64,000 nt of DNA. Source: Rhina ancylostomus. Taxonomy: Eukaryota. The position numbers and the translations under genes were made by a program. Positions within the stretch are counted from its first letter, which is position 1; each line of letters opens with the position of its first letter. The DNA is taken from contig JARFYF010000001.1 in the NCBI GenBank assembly GCA_030265395.1, positions 49,840,928 to 49,904,927 of the forward strand, in the 5' to 3' direction. Of this stretch, positions 1-11,548 are shown piece after piece. The notes beneath the pieces are model-generated. The model was not told the origin of the DNA and made no database searches. It saw only the letters and a list, made by a program, of their open reading frames with translations.

Positions 1-137
1 TGTATTCTCTCTTGTTTAAAAAAAATGTCCGTAACTTATGTTTTTCTTGTGAACTGTGATGCTGTTGCAAGTAAGTTTTTCATTGCACCTGTGCATACAT
101 GTACTTGTGCATATGACAATAAAATTGACTTCGACTT
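1..137 (+). mobile_element. Rex1/Babar-type LINE 3' tail fragment
   Basis: Ends gtgcatatgacaataaaattgacttcgactt; the same tail occurs in reverse at ~1850 and ~49660, where it is attached to Rex1-like coding sequence. Confidence 0.6.
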
Positions 138-1192
138 ACAGTACTTACAAACTGTTTTTCAATAAAGTTTGGGAATAAGCTTGGAAGAAAGACTAGGGGC
201 ATGAAATTTTCTTCCTGTGGTTCCATGATAACTCGTGTCTCTGCTCTGAAAGGCAATGGTGAACCATTTAACAGGAATCTGGCAGGGAGCACTACAGTTG
301 ATTCATTGGGACTTGCAACATTTCACTCCTGGTTAACACTACAAAGGAACAGTTTTGAAATTCAGCACTGAATGTGTTTTTGGCTGGTGCTGTCTTTTGA
401 AATGAATGTGAGCTACCTCCAGGTGTCACCTTTGATAGCCAGCTCTTGCTTTGACAATGATTTGCCTGATTTGATTTGACCAAGATATATAAGCACTGGT
501 GAAATTCATTACCAGGCACCAGTAAATATTTTTTATTGCATTGCTGTTAGAAATTGTGATCTTTGGAAGTTAATTTCAAGTTAACTGTCTCCCCTTTTGG
601 AATAAAGAACATCTTGCAGATGGCAGTGAATCTCTGGGATTCTTTACCCCCATATTTGAGGAGTTGGTTCAGTTAAAGAGGACATAGATAAATTTTTGCA
701 GAATTGGGGGCTGTGGCGAACTGATGTATAAGAAGAAGAGATGAGGCATGTAGCAGATTAGCCATGATCATACTGAAAGTGGCCTACTCCTATTCTTATT
801 ATGTACTTAATTATGTTGATGTTTGCAAGTCACTAGTAATTGCAATGAATATTATGCATTTTAATGCAATGTTAATACATTTGGTCACATCTAACTACAA
901 CAGAACAATATCTTCTGTCATAACCAATGTTAGGCTATAAACAACGAAGAAACTATAATCTCCTCCTAGTTTATTGTCATGTACAGTCGAGTTTATTATC
1001 CTGTACAGAGGTACATGTATGCATTTAAGTATCCATTGGGAACCAGTGACGTTATTTTAAATATGTGGATCAAGTCTAGAAGATTGTTCACAGCAACTCA
1101 AAGCACCAGTAGACTATATATTACAAATACTTTAATTTAATATATATTTTGACAGCATTAATGTTGATGTCTAGTGTTGTCATGGTAATAAG

Positions 1193-1720
1193 CTAATGGT
1201 GGATTGATGTTTCATATTTAAAATTGCTGGTTTCAATATGCATTATCTTCCACTTCTGAACATTAAAAGCCATTTTCCAATCATTTATCCAGTGCCAACT
1301 CCATCTAGAGCCATTTTGAATAATAGCTGTGACACAATTTGCCTTCCTAAGCAATTTTGCACTTTCAGCAAATTTAGGAATATGGCTTCGAATCACATGA
1401 TTGAGGCCATTTGTGAGATTGAGGATCAGCAGCGGACGTTGTCCAGTCCTGTAATTAATATTACCCAATGTAATTGTCAAATGGCCACTTCAACAGCATC
1501 TTTTTAGTTGTTTAGACTTTGAACCTGTGACGCATGTTTACGCATTTGATTGCAGTGGCTAAGTTCTAAGATATTATAAGATTTCAGGTCTGCAACAGCA
1601 ATTTCTGGATACCAAGAATTCGAACATGCAGTCATAAATCCAGAGTTAGACAATAACCACATTAGTTTTGCAGTAAGACAGCTCTGAAGAAGCTCTACTC
1701 CTTCAGCTGCTGGTACCACT
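1193..1720 (-). mobile_element. Ancient CR1/L2-group LINE RT fragment
   Basis: ORF 1193..1480 reads PLLILNLTNGL...IPKFAESAKL...WINDWKMAFNVQKWKIMH, a decayed form of GPLLF.IYINDL...KFADDTKL...W...WQM.FN..KCKVMH; upstream SCLTAKL resembles SCLTNL. Confidence 0.65.
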
Positions 1721-1848
1721 ATTTGATGGGTGATGGTGTTTCACATGTTTTATCCAAGGGGAAAGATGGATGACACGCACCCATTTATTGTGGAGTTACC
1801 ATTCTGGTTGTCAGAAGCTCCTGGGATATTTTGCCACCAAGTGAGCAG

Positions 1849-2498
1849 TCAAAGTTGAGTTTATTGTCATGTACACAAGTACATGTATGCATAAGTGCAA
1901 TGAAAAACTTGCTTGCAGCAACATTATAGGCACTCAGCATTATATGGACCATTCACAAGAAAACAAACTAAACATAAATCATGCACACTTTTTGCATAAA
2001 AGAACACAATTGGAACAAAAAAATGTCCATTTGGTGATAAGTGGTCATAGTGTTGCTAAACTGTAGTGATAAGAATTACGCTGGCCCATTCAAAATCTGA
2101 ATGGNNNNNNNNNNNNNNNNNNNNNNNNNNNNNNNNNNNNNNNNNNNNNNNNNNNNNNNNNNNNNNNNNNNNNNNNNNNNNNNNNNNNNNNNNNNNNNNN
2201 NNNNNNNNNNNNNNNNNNNNNNNNNNNNNNNNNNNNNNNNNNNNNNNNNNNNNNNNNNNNNNNNNNNNNNNNNNNNNNNNNNNNNNNNNNNNNNNNNNNN
2301 NNNNNNNNNNNNNNNNNNNNNNNNNNNNNNNNCCTGTGCATTCGAATTGGTACACTAGTCCATGTTGCAACCAGTCAGGATACTTTCAACTGTACTTCTG
2401 TAGAAGTTCATTTGAACATTTGGTGACAATCCAAACCTCCTTAAACTCCTAAGAAAGAAAAGACATTGAAGTGCCTTCCCTGTAATTGCATTTATGTG
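1849..2498 (-). mobile_element. Rex1/Babar LINE 3' fragment spanning a gap
   Basis: Tail tttattgtcatgtacacaagtacatg; 2350-2490 is similar to 50090-50220 of the clearer Rex1 copy. Confidence 0.7.
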
Positions 2499-3980
2499 AT
2501 CATACCTCCTCAGTGATGTAATGGCCAACTGGTGATCATTCGCTTAGAGATGGAACTAATATGTCTCTCTTTTGGGCTAAACTGACTCCAAAGTGGCAAA
2601 TGCAGTTAGTGGCGGGTTGGAGCAGAGTGAGGCAGGGCCACATCTCGTGACACTGCTAATGTCACATGAATGAGATGTGCAAGTACAGATGACTGACACT
2701 CTTCCAATTCATCTGAGTTACCACTACAAGCCAAAATCCTGAGGACTCAGTATTTTGGCTGTACAAATGCTGGAATGTTTTAGCTGCTTCCTTTCCAGCA
2801 GTACTTTTGGTCACAACTTGGAGGTACTCGAGCACTGGCTCGACCAACCTGAATCTAACCTCCTTGGATTTATGTCAATTGGTGAATGTATGTAGATTCA
2901 AAACACTTAAGTATTGTAATCTTTGCACACTTCAGGCAATACAAATTTATCTCTGAGCAGGGGAAATTTCAGAATGCATTGATGTCTCATCCAATAGAGG
3001 CAGCAGGATATACAGTGGAATTAACTAGCAGAATTTGCTTTAATAACTACTACTGCCAGTTCTATCTAAAAAAGGGGAGAAAAGAGGCTAGTGAACAGCT
3101 GCAGGCATGCAAAGGTCATGAACGCTGGAGCTGCTGACCAGATTCCAGACAGGTAATGAATGGAGCTTTGTGAGGGTTCGATATTGCCATAGGATTGACT
3201 GTGGCTTCTTTTCTGGATCTGGTTAAAAGGCATCAGGATCCTGTGACATTACAAGAACTCTTTACGTAAATTTCTAAGGATGAATAATTAGATCTGAGGG
3301 TTCCAGGAGGGTGAATGACCTATGTTCAACTGCAGATCGTGTGTGGAACCTTTCCCCAAGGGGAGAAAAGAAAACATTTTCAAGTGTTCACTACAGATAT
3401 CAGAGGAGTATATTGACTGCTTGCCGAACCCTGTAGGATAATATTGGAAGTGGCTGACACCTAGAGGGTAGGTAACCAGTTCTTTATAACTATACACACT
3501 GTACTGGCACATCACCTCCCCCACCACACTCCCTGCAGTTCCAGTGGTGGGCACACTTAAGGCCAATAGCCAAGTTGCCATGCCAAAAGAATAGATAGGG
3601 AAATGAAACTAAGGCCAAGATTAGATCAGCCATATGAACAGTGGAGTAGACTTGGAGGTCCAGGTGGACTGTTCCTGATTCTATACGTGTTTGTATTTGT
3701 CAAGATTTGCACAATTCTTTACTCACCATTCGGAATGGAATTCCTTGGGCTATTCCACCAGCTTTCTAGCATAACAAAATGAAGCCACTTGGATAAAGGC
3801 CAGGACTTGGATACCCTGGGTTCTGAGCACGTTCGTAAAATCCCATGCTGTTGGTGGGCTGGATGAGCTCTTATTGCTGAGGGGTGTGGACACAGACTCC
3901 CTGTTCACCTAGAGAGACTTGGTGTTGGAGTAGACACCAGTGAACCACTTGGTCAGGACTTGCTATTCTGAATCTAGTAA

Positions 3981-4218
3981 GGGGCGGCACGGTAGCATAG
4001 TGGTTAGCACAATGCTATTACAGCGCCAGCAACCTGGGTTCAATTCCCACCACTGCCTGTAAGGAGTTTGTATGTTCTCCCGTGTCTGCATGGGTTTCCT
4101 CCCGGTGCTCCGGTTTCCTCCCACGTTCCAAAGACGTACGGGTAGGTTAATTCAGGGTTTAAAAATGGGCTGTGCGGACTTGTTGGGCCAGAAGGGCCTG
4201 TTACCATGCTATAAATAA
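3981..4218 (+). mobile_element. Full-length tRNA-derived V-SINE (HE1-like) with CR1-type tail
   Basis: A box tagcatagtgg, B box gggttcaattccc, V core gggtttcctcccggtgctccggtttcctcccac, tail ttgggccagaagggcctgttaccatgct. Confidence 0.9.
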
Positions 4219-5639
4219 GGGGATGCCACTTGGGAGGCTGGCGCCCTGCAGATAGAGATTGAGTAAAATTCTGCTATTACACAAGGAGCCAGAATGGGGG
4301 CTCAGCAAAGAGCCTGGGCATCACTTCCCAGCCAGATTATGGGCATCGGAGGCTTCCAGGGTGAGCTGTTTGCCCATTGGCTCTGTCATGTGGAGTGGCC
4401 TCCTATTCATTTCTGGAGGCTGCCACATCTACAGTCCTATCACTTATGCTGCCAACATTGGATTCGTTACTTAGTCCCATTTTATTTAGTTGCTAAAGAA
4501 CAATGTAGTGAAAGTACATTATTGGCTTTAAGTTTAAAAAAAATCAATTTTGGAAACGATGCCAAGGGAAATTTTTTTTTAAGAAGACTGAACTCAGTGA
4601 TAACTTTATACAATCATCCAGCAATTATTATTCATGTCATGCCATAATAGATTGAGATAAACAAATAAGAAAAGTCTTCATGCATATATAACATAATGTA
4701 AGAGGGGAAGAAAGCCTTGGGTAAGTAGAAGTTATTAACTATGGACGACTGCCCCAAATCACATACATGCAACTTGCTCAATGAGAATCTAATTCTCCAT
4801 GTCTAGGAATAATTAAAACATCCATATGGCTTTGATCATTAGTTTTAGGAATTTGTGGCATGATTCACAAAAAGTTGCAGAAGTCTGGATCCCACATCAT
4901 CCTTAACAAGGTTGTATTGAAATCTTTCATTCTGTATACATAAACCTTTTCATTTTGGTCAAATATACTATGTGGTCTTGAGGATGGATTTGATTACATA
5001 CATAACAGTCCAGCCTCACTGAATGTATCTCTAGTGAGGGTGGATTTTAATGTGAGACTGAACAAGCAAATTCTGATATTGATCCCAATTAGGAGTAGAT
5101 TCTAATGTCAGTAAAATATTAGTATGAGCAGGAGGAGGATTTTATGATAACCATTTGGAAAATAAATCAACTCGTACCTTTTTAAATCTATTTCACCATT
5201 AATTATGAAGATTTCAATCATTTATTAGTAATCAGAATGAATGACTATCCATAGTTGCAGAATAAGGCACTCCACCCATTATTAGTTTGGCTAACTAACT
5301 GTAATTTGGCTATGCTTCGTGGTACCTATTCAAAAAACCATAAACTTGTAGCAACTTGTAGCAAAAGTATTACTTTGGTCTGGCAGAAGTTAGTGTTGTG
5401 AGATTAAAAGAAGTGGTAGAGTTGAGTGTCAAGAGTAAATGTGTGCAGGAAGAGGAGGAGCACAAAGATAGAACCTTGAGAGACCTCAGTAAAACCTATA
5501 TTGGAGACAACAACATAAACCACAGTTGGAAATACATCTGCTGTGCTCAGACAATTAGAAGTGGGACCACGGGAGAATAGTTCCATGGAGTTAGATAAAG
5601 ATGAAGGAGGATAAAGAATTATGAATGTTACCTGAGGCA

Positions 5640-6145
5640 AGACAGATTCTGTTGCTACCTCCTTGGCAGTTGTTTACAAACAAGACCAAGGATTTCACAA
5701 GAAATGTATAGCAATGGTGTATTTGAGATCCTCAGTAGACATTTAATGATGTATTGGCTGCAGAATGGATGAGTGAAATAATGTAGAGCTAATGGATGCA
5801 ATGTATTTAGATTTCCAAAAGACATTTGACATGGTGCCACGTACTTTAAATGGTGAATGTGAAAGCAGCTGCTCAGGGGATTGAAGGTAATATGTTGGCA
5901 TGGATAGAGAAATGATAACTGACAGAAAACAAAGAGTACATCAATTTCATGTTGGCAAACTAATTATTATGATAAAACAGGCAATGATTTACAGTCAATT
6001 ATTAATTTCTAGATGAGGAGAGTGTATATATTGTATACATATATTGTTTTTCATGATACAAAAATAGGTAAAGAAGTTGTAAGGAAGAGAGATTAAATGA
6101 GTAGGCAAAAATAATAGATGAAGTGTCATGAGGCAAAATGTGAAG
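5640..6145 (+). mobile_element. Old CR1 LINE RT fragment; continues at ~7095-7700
   Basis: atggatgcaatgtatttagatttccaaaagacatttgacatggtgcca translates as MDAMYLDFQKTFDMVP (CR1 motif VD..YLDF.KAFDKVP). Confidence 0.8.
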
Positions 6146-7095
6146 TCACAGAGTCATTCAGCATGGAAATAGGCCCTTCTGCCCAACTGGTCCATGCCAA
6201 CCAAGCTGCCCATCCAAGCTAGTCCCATTTGCCCATGTTTGTCCCATAACCTTCTAAAGCTTTCCAGTCCATGTATCTGTCCAGCTGTCGTTTAAAAGTT
6301 GTTATTGTACCTGCTCCAAGCAATTCCTCCAGCAGCTTATTCNNNNNNNNNNNNNNNNNNNNNNNNNNNNNNNNNNNNNNNNNNNNNNNNNNNNNNNNNN
6401 NNNNNNNNNNNNNNNNNNNNNNNNNNNNNNNNNNNNNNNNNNCCAAGCAATTCCTCCAGCAGCTTATTCCACATATAGATCACCCTTTGTGTAAATAAGT
6501 TGTCTCTCAAGTTCCTTTTAAAGCTTTCCCCTCTCACATTAAACCTATGCCCTTTACTTCTTTATTTCCCCAACCCTGGGACAAAGACTGAGTGCATTCA
6601 CTCACATGATTTTATACACTTCTATAAGATCACCCCTCAGTCTCCTACACTCCAAGGAATAAAGTCCTAGCCTGTCCAACCTCTCTCTCTAGATCAATCC
6701 TTCAAGTCTAGGAAACATCCTTGTAAATCTTTTCTGCACTGTTTCCAGTTTAATAATATCTTGCCTGTAGCAGGGTGACCAAAACTGAACACAAAACTCC
6801 AAGTGCAGCCTCACCAGTATCTTGTACAACTACACTGTGATTTCCCACCTTCCTATATTCAGTGCCCTGACTGATGACCAGTGTGCCAAAAGCTGCCTTC
6901 ACCACCCTGTCTACCTGTGACTATACTTTCAGGGAATCATGTACCTGAACTCCAAGGTCTTTCTGTTCTACAACAGTCCACGGCCCTGCCGTTCACTGTG
7001 AAAATCCTACCTTGATATGACTTTCCAAAATGCAACACCTTGCACTTAACTGAATTAAACTCAATTTGCCAGTCCTTGGCCCACTTACTCAGTGA
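6146..7095 (-). mobile_element. CR1 LINE 3' fragment (younger), inserted in the older CR1
   Basis: ORFs KWAKDWQIEFNSVKCKVLHFG, FTQRVIYMWNKL and ITTFKRQLDRYM; CR1 3' end gggcagaagggcctatttccatgctg. Confidence 0.9.
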
Positions 7096-7809
7096 AGTAG
7101 TACATTTTGATAGGAAGGACAAAAAGGAGTATTGCGTGGTGTGGGAGTATTAAATGATGGTTTCCTGGGATGAGAAGGTTGACCACTGAGGAAAGTCTAA
7201 ACAAAATTGGCCAGTACACACTGTTTAGAGGAATTCTGAGGATTCTTGGTTCTGTGAAGGCTTAATTAGTTTAGTTGTGGAGTTCAGAACAATGGGGCAT
7301 AGACTCAGTCTAAGAGACCAACCACATAGTCAAGGCATTTGGACATGTACATGGATAGGAAAGGTTTCGAGGGATATGGTCCAAACGCAGGCAGATAAGA
7401 CTAGCTGAGATGGACATCTTGGTCACCATGGACGAGTTGGTCAGAAGGGCTACTTCATGCTGTGTTACTCTGTGAATCCATGGCTTTATAAGATAGATGT
7501 GTGGGAATATCTTCTGAAGGTCATGAATCTTTGGAATCCTCAACCCAAGGGAACAGTGGAGGCTGAGTGATTAAGTATATTTATAGTCAAGATTTTTAGA
7601 TTGGGGGAAAATGGGGATCAGTTGGGCAAGTGGATTTGAGGCCAAAGGTCAGATCAGTCTTGATCTTACCAAATGGCAAAACAAGCTTCAGACCGATTTC
7701 ACCAACTTGTCTCAAGCTATCAAGAAATCCGTGAACTCTTCACTTTTATTTTCAGCACATGCAATGTGATTCAAAACTTTTATTGAATTCAGTCTTCTGG
7801 TTGGATTAT

Positions 7810-7915
7810 GGAATAAAACAAAGAGCTGGAAACACTCAACAAGACAGGTGGCATCTGTGGAAAGACAAATACTGTAAGTTTATTTTTCAGGTGAATGTAT
7901 CATCATCATCAGAAT
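7810..7915 (-). mobile_element. Short Penelope-like terminal-repeat fragment
   Basis: gctggaaacactcaacaagacaggtggcatctgtgg family motif; minus strand carries ctgatga...gaaa. Confidence 0.55.
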
Positions 7916-8287
7916 AGTTGGATCATTTGTTTGCCCCAGTCAACAAGCCTACTTCACCTATTGTCTCCAGGTGACCTCCCATCTAGGCACTAACCAAACC
8001 TAAGCCTGTTAAGCTAGTTGTTCATGGGCTACGCCACAAGGGCACTGATCGGTTGCTCCACAGCTGTTCGTCTAACATTCTAAATAGAATTGGTGGGTAG
8101 GAATCAGTTTAAGGAAAGAAGACACGAATTGTTCTTGGCTTTCAATTTGATCCAGCTGCAGTACTTCTCCCTTTAGGATTGGTACAACAATCCGAAGTAC
8201 AGTGAAGCAAAATCTCACCACGAATGACCAGAGCAGATTTGTAACAAATACACTGCAGATTGTAGACCCTTTAAGTTAATGCCAGAC

Positions 8288-8535
8288 ATAAGATATCTTT
8301 ATTAGTCACATGTACATCGAGACACACAATGAAATGTATCTTTTATGTAAAGTGTTCTGGGGGCAGCCCGCCAGTGTCGCCACACTTCCAGCGCCAATAT
8401 AGCATGCCCACAACTTCCTAACCAATACATCTTTGGAATGTGGGAGTAAACTGGAATACCCGGAGGAAACCCACACAGAAATGGGGAGAACATACAAACT
8501 CCTTGCAGACAGTGGCTGGAATTGAACCTGGGTCA
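8288..8535 (-). mobile_element. V-SINE, 5'-truncated, with alternative (Rex1-like) tail
   Basis: B box and V core on the minus strand, then ggttaggaagttgtgggcatgct...gatgtacatgtgactaataaagatatctt. Confidence 0.85.
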
Positions 8536-9699
8536 CATCCTGGGTGGGATGAGGTTACAATTGACTGAGGCATATCTGAAGCAGATATATAATTACTCTG
8601 GCTACCAGAACACCCAAAGGCTGGGTATTCTGCATTTTGGGAGTCTAATCCTTTTTCTGCAAAACTGTACTACACCTTACAAGGCACAGAAAGAGAATGG
8701 CATACAATCCACTAGTCTGGATGATTGCAGTCCTGCCTGTTCTTGAAATATGACATCATGCTGGGCAAAGTTGCTTGCTTTATTTGGCACATCATTCACT
8801 AACCTGACCATTATAATGCACTGTGCCTGAAGTATCTACCTTCAACAAAATTCAATGCAGTGACTTGCCAATTTTGCTGATAGTGTCAAACTGGTAACTT
8901 CTATCACGTAAGTGGACAAGGGAAACAATGAAATGGAAACATCACAATTTGCAGGCTTGCCTCCATGTAATGCACCACCTTGATTTGGATGTAGGTCTGC
9001 ACTTGTTCCTCGTAACCTGGTCAGCATCCTGCAGCTCCTATTAGCAATGTGGGAGGATCTTCACACACTGGAACAAGAAGACAGTTTCCTACCACCTTCC
9101 CAAGGCATATCTGGAATGATGACAAAATGTTAACCTGCCAATAATATGAATGAATAACAGTGAAGAAATACTCATCTTCTCATCTTTTTATCTTTCCTGT
9201 GGTGCGAAATATCTGTGTTTGTTTTATCACAGCTGATGAATATCAGCCACAACCAAGTTGTCATGCTAAAGCATATTCATCCACCCATTGAGACCAAGCA
9301 AAACTAATCATCCTTTTGCATCCCTTACTATCTTTTGTGCATGTTTGCTTGGACAGCTACTAATGCAAAGTGCTACCCCAAAGACTGAAACCAAGCTATG
9401 CTCTGTCATGGTTCCAACCAGCTTTCATATGTAACCTTTAAATGGTGATGAAATAGTTCAATTGCACAAGCTAGATTCAACTGGTGGTTTATGCTCATAA
9501 TAATATTCACCATGTGTAGTTAGCTTCATGAACGATAGAATTATGATATGGAAGTATGAATTTTGTGTGCCCTATGGTCAGTTAAAGGGCCTTGGGTTAA
9601 TCATGCATCATAATTCCAGTGCCCATTTTCCATCACTATCCATTGTAGCTCCTTTTTAATTTTTTCTGTTATTTTTGTTTCCCTTGCCTTTCATCACTC

Positions 9700-9863
9700 C
9701 AGTGATAAAAGCAAATGTTTGATTTGCTATCAGACCAATCTCACCCTAATACAGTGTCTCAACCCGAAACATTGGTCATCCCTCCATCTCCACAGATGCT
9801 GCCTGTCACGTTGAGTTCCTGCTGCAGTTTTTTTTTGCTTCAGATTACAGCATCTGCAGTCTC
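9700..9863 (+). mobile_element. Short Penelope-like terminal-repeat fragment
   Basis: gtctcaacccgaaacattg...ccacagatgctgcctg...gagttcct...cagcatctgcagtc. Confidence 0.6.
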
Positions 9864-9963
9864 NNNNNNNNNNNNNNNNNNNNNNNNNNNNNNNNNNNNN
9901 NNNNNNNNNNNNNNNNNNNNNNNNNNNNNNNNNNNNNNNNNNNNNNNNNNNNNNNNNNNNNNN

Positions 9964-10049
9964 ACTCCTTGCAGACAGGGGCTGGAAGTGAACCTGGGTC
10001 ACTGGCGCTGTAAAATGTTACACTAACCGCTACACTACCGTGCCTGCCC
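9964..10049 (-). mobile_element. V-SINE tRNA head; remainder lost in gap
   Basis: Reverse complement gggcaggcacggtagtgtagcggttagtgtaac...acccaggttcacttccagc. Confidence 0.8.
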
Positions 10050-10831
10050 ATGGGATGTGGTGAGTGATTTAGATAAGAACAAAGGTGCAAAGGCATAGAG
10101 GGAGCAGTTTATCAAGTTGACAGCAGCAGAGCAATTGGCACAGTGACAGATTGGAGGTGAGGGAATTGCTGGTTTGACCATGAATGTGTGAGGCAGTAAC
10201 TGGTGGTTGCAGGGCAGTGGACTTTGTGGTAGTTGAAAAACATTATTACAACTGCTTTGTGATTGGTTGTGGATTTTCAGTAGCTGTTAAAAAATTTACA
10301 TTCTGCCAAGTCAGTAACATTACAACACTCCGAAGTTAATTAATGGGCCCTGATGCCCTCCGGGACATTTTTGAGATGCGATTAAAGTCTCTTTTTTAAC
10401 TCAGTCTCACATTTAAAATTGTCCTTGTCAGGGTCTAGAAATTGTTCCACACATTTTTTGGCATTAACACAGGATTATGGATCACTCTAATGCTGTAGGT
10501 AGAAATCACATAATAGGCAAGAGTTTCAATGATGGTTCACAGGGCAGAGATTTTGGGTTTCCATGTGTAATACAGCCCTGAAAGTGGCATTATTGGTTTC
10601 AGTGCAACATTCCCAAGTTGGCATAGTTGGTACAGGTCTAATCACCTCTCAAAACTGAACAAGCAACACTCTGCTAGGTACAAGGGAGTGTTGCTGCTGA
10701 ATGAATGGTTTGTGTAATGATAGAAGGATGAGAGAGGGGCTCAGGAGTACCTGGACAAGCTGATGAAGAGCAGTGCCTGCAAGACATCCCTAACTTGAGT
10801 ACAGAGCTTTGGTGACTTCCCTAGTGTGAGA

Positions 10832-10990
10832 AACACTATGATACTTGAGGAACTCAGCAGGCCAGGCAGCATCTGTGGAGAAAAGCAGGTGCTTGCTTTC
10901 CTCCACGGATGCTGCCTGGCCTGCTGAGTTCCTCTAGTATCATTGTATTTTTCATCTAGATTCCAGCATCTGTAGTCTTTTGTTTCCCTC
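10832..10990. mobile_element. Fold-back (palindromic) Penelope-like element
   Basis: 52-bp inverted arms with 4 mismatches at 10838-10943; flanks gtgtgaga/gtatgaga resemble a TSD. Confidence 0.7.
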
Positions 10991-11236
10991 GTATGAGATG
11001 CAGTGGAGAACAGCGGCAGCTTGGAATGATCCTGAGGCTGGGAAGCTGTGAATGACTGACCCTGACCTCTGTGAGTAAAGCAGTCAAGATACACAAATCA
11101 GGTGATAGAGATCTCTGATCTCCAACAAGGTCATCAATGAGGACAAAGAATGCAGCTGGCTCTTCAAAATGGCATAGCTTTCAAGGAAGCAGAATTGGTA
11201 AAATTGTGCATAAATAAGAAATGTTTTTCCAGTTTC

Positions 11237-11548
11237 CATAGAACAATACAGCATAATACAGGCCCNNNNNNNNNNNNNNNNNNNNNNNNNNNNNNNNNNN
11301 NNNNNNNNNNNNNNNNNNNNNNNNNNNNNNNNNNNNNNNNNNNNNNNNNNNNNNNNNNNNNNNNNCTGGCTGTCCACTCTATCTATCCCTCTCAACATTT
11401 TATATACCTATGTCATGTCTCCCCTCATCCTCCTTCTCCCCAGTGAGAAAAGCCCTAGCACCTTAAGCCTCTCCTCATATTCCATACACTCTAATCCAGG
11501 CAGCACCCTGGTAAGTCTCCTCTGCACCCTCTCTAATGCCTCCATGTT
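11237..11548 (-). mobile_element. CR1 LINE 3' fragment
   Basis: catagaacaatacagc tail; MLRGIDRVDSQ motif; similar to 33812-34337. Confidence 0.85.

Noticed and set aside
3981-4060. tRNA-like sequence with A and B boxes
   Set aside because: It is the head of a SINE, followed by V core and LINE tail, not a tRNA gene
6316-6470. Direct repeats flanking 100-N gaps (also ~21440/21561, 31769/31959, 41341/41471, 45798/45928)
   Set aside because: Near-identical sequence on both sides of fixed-size gaps indicates unmerged contig overlaps or haplotypes, not real duplications
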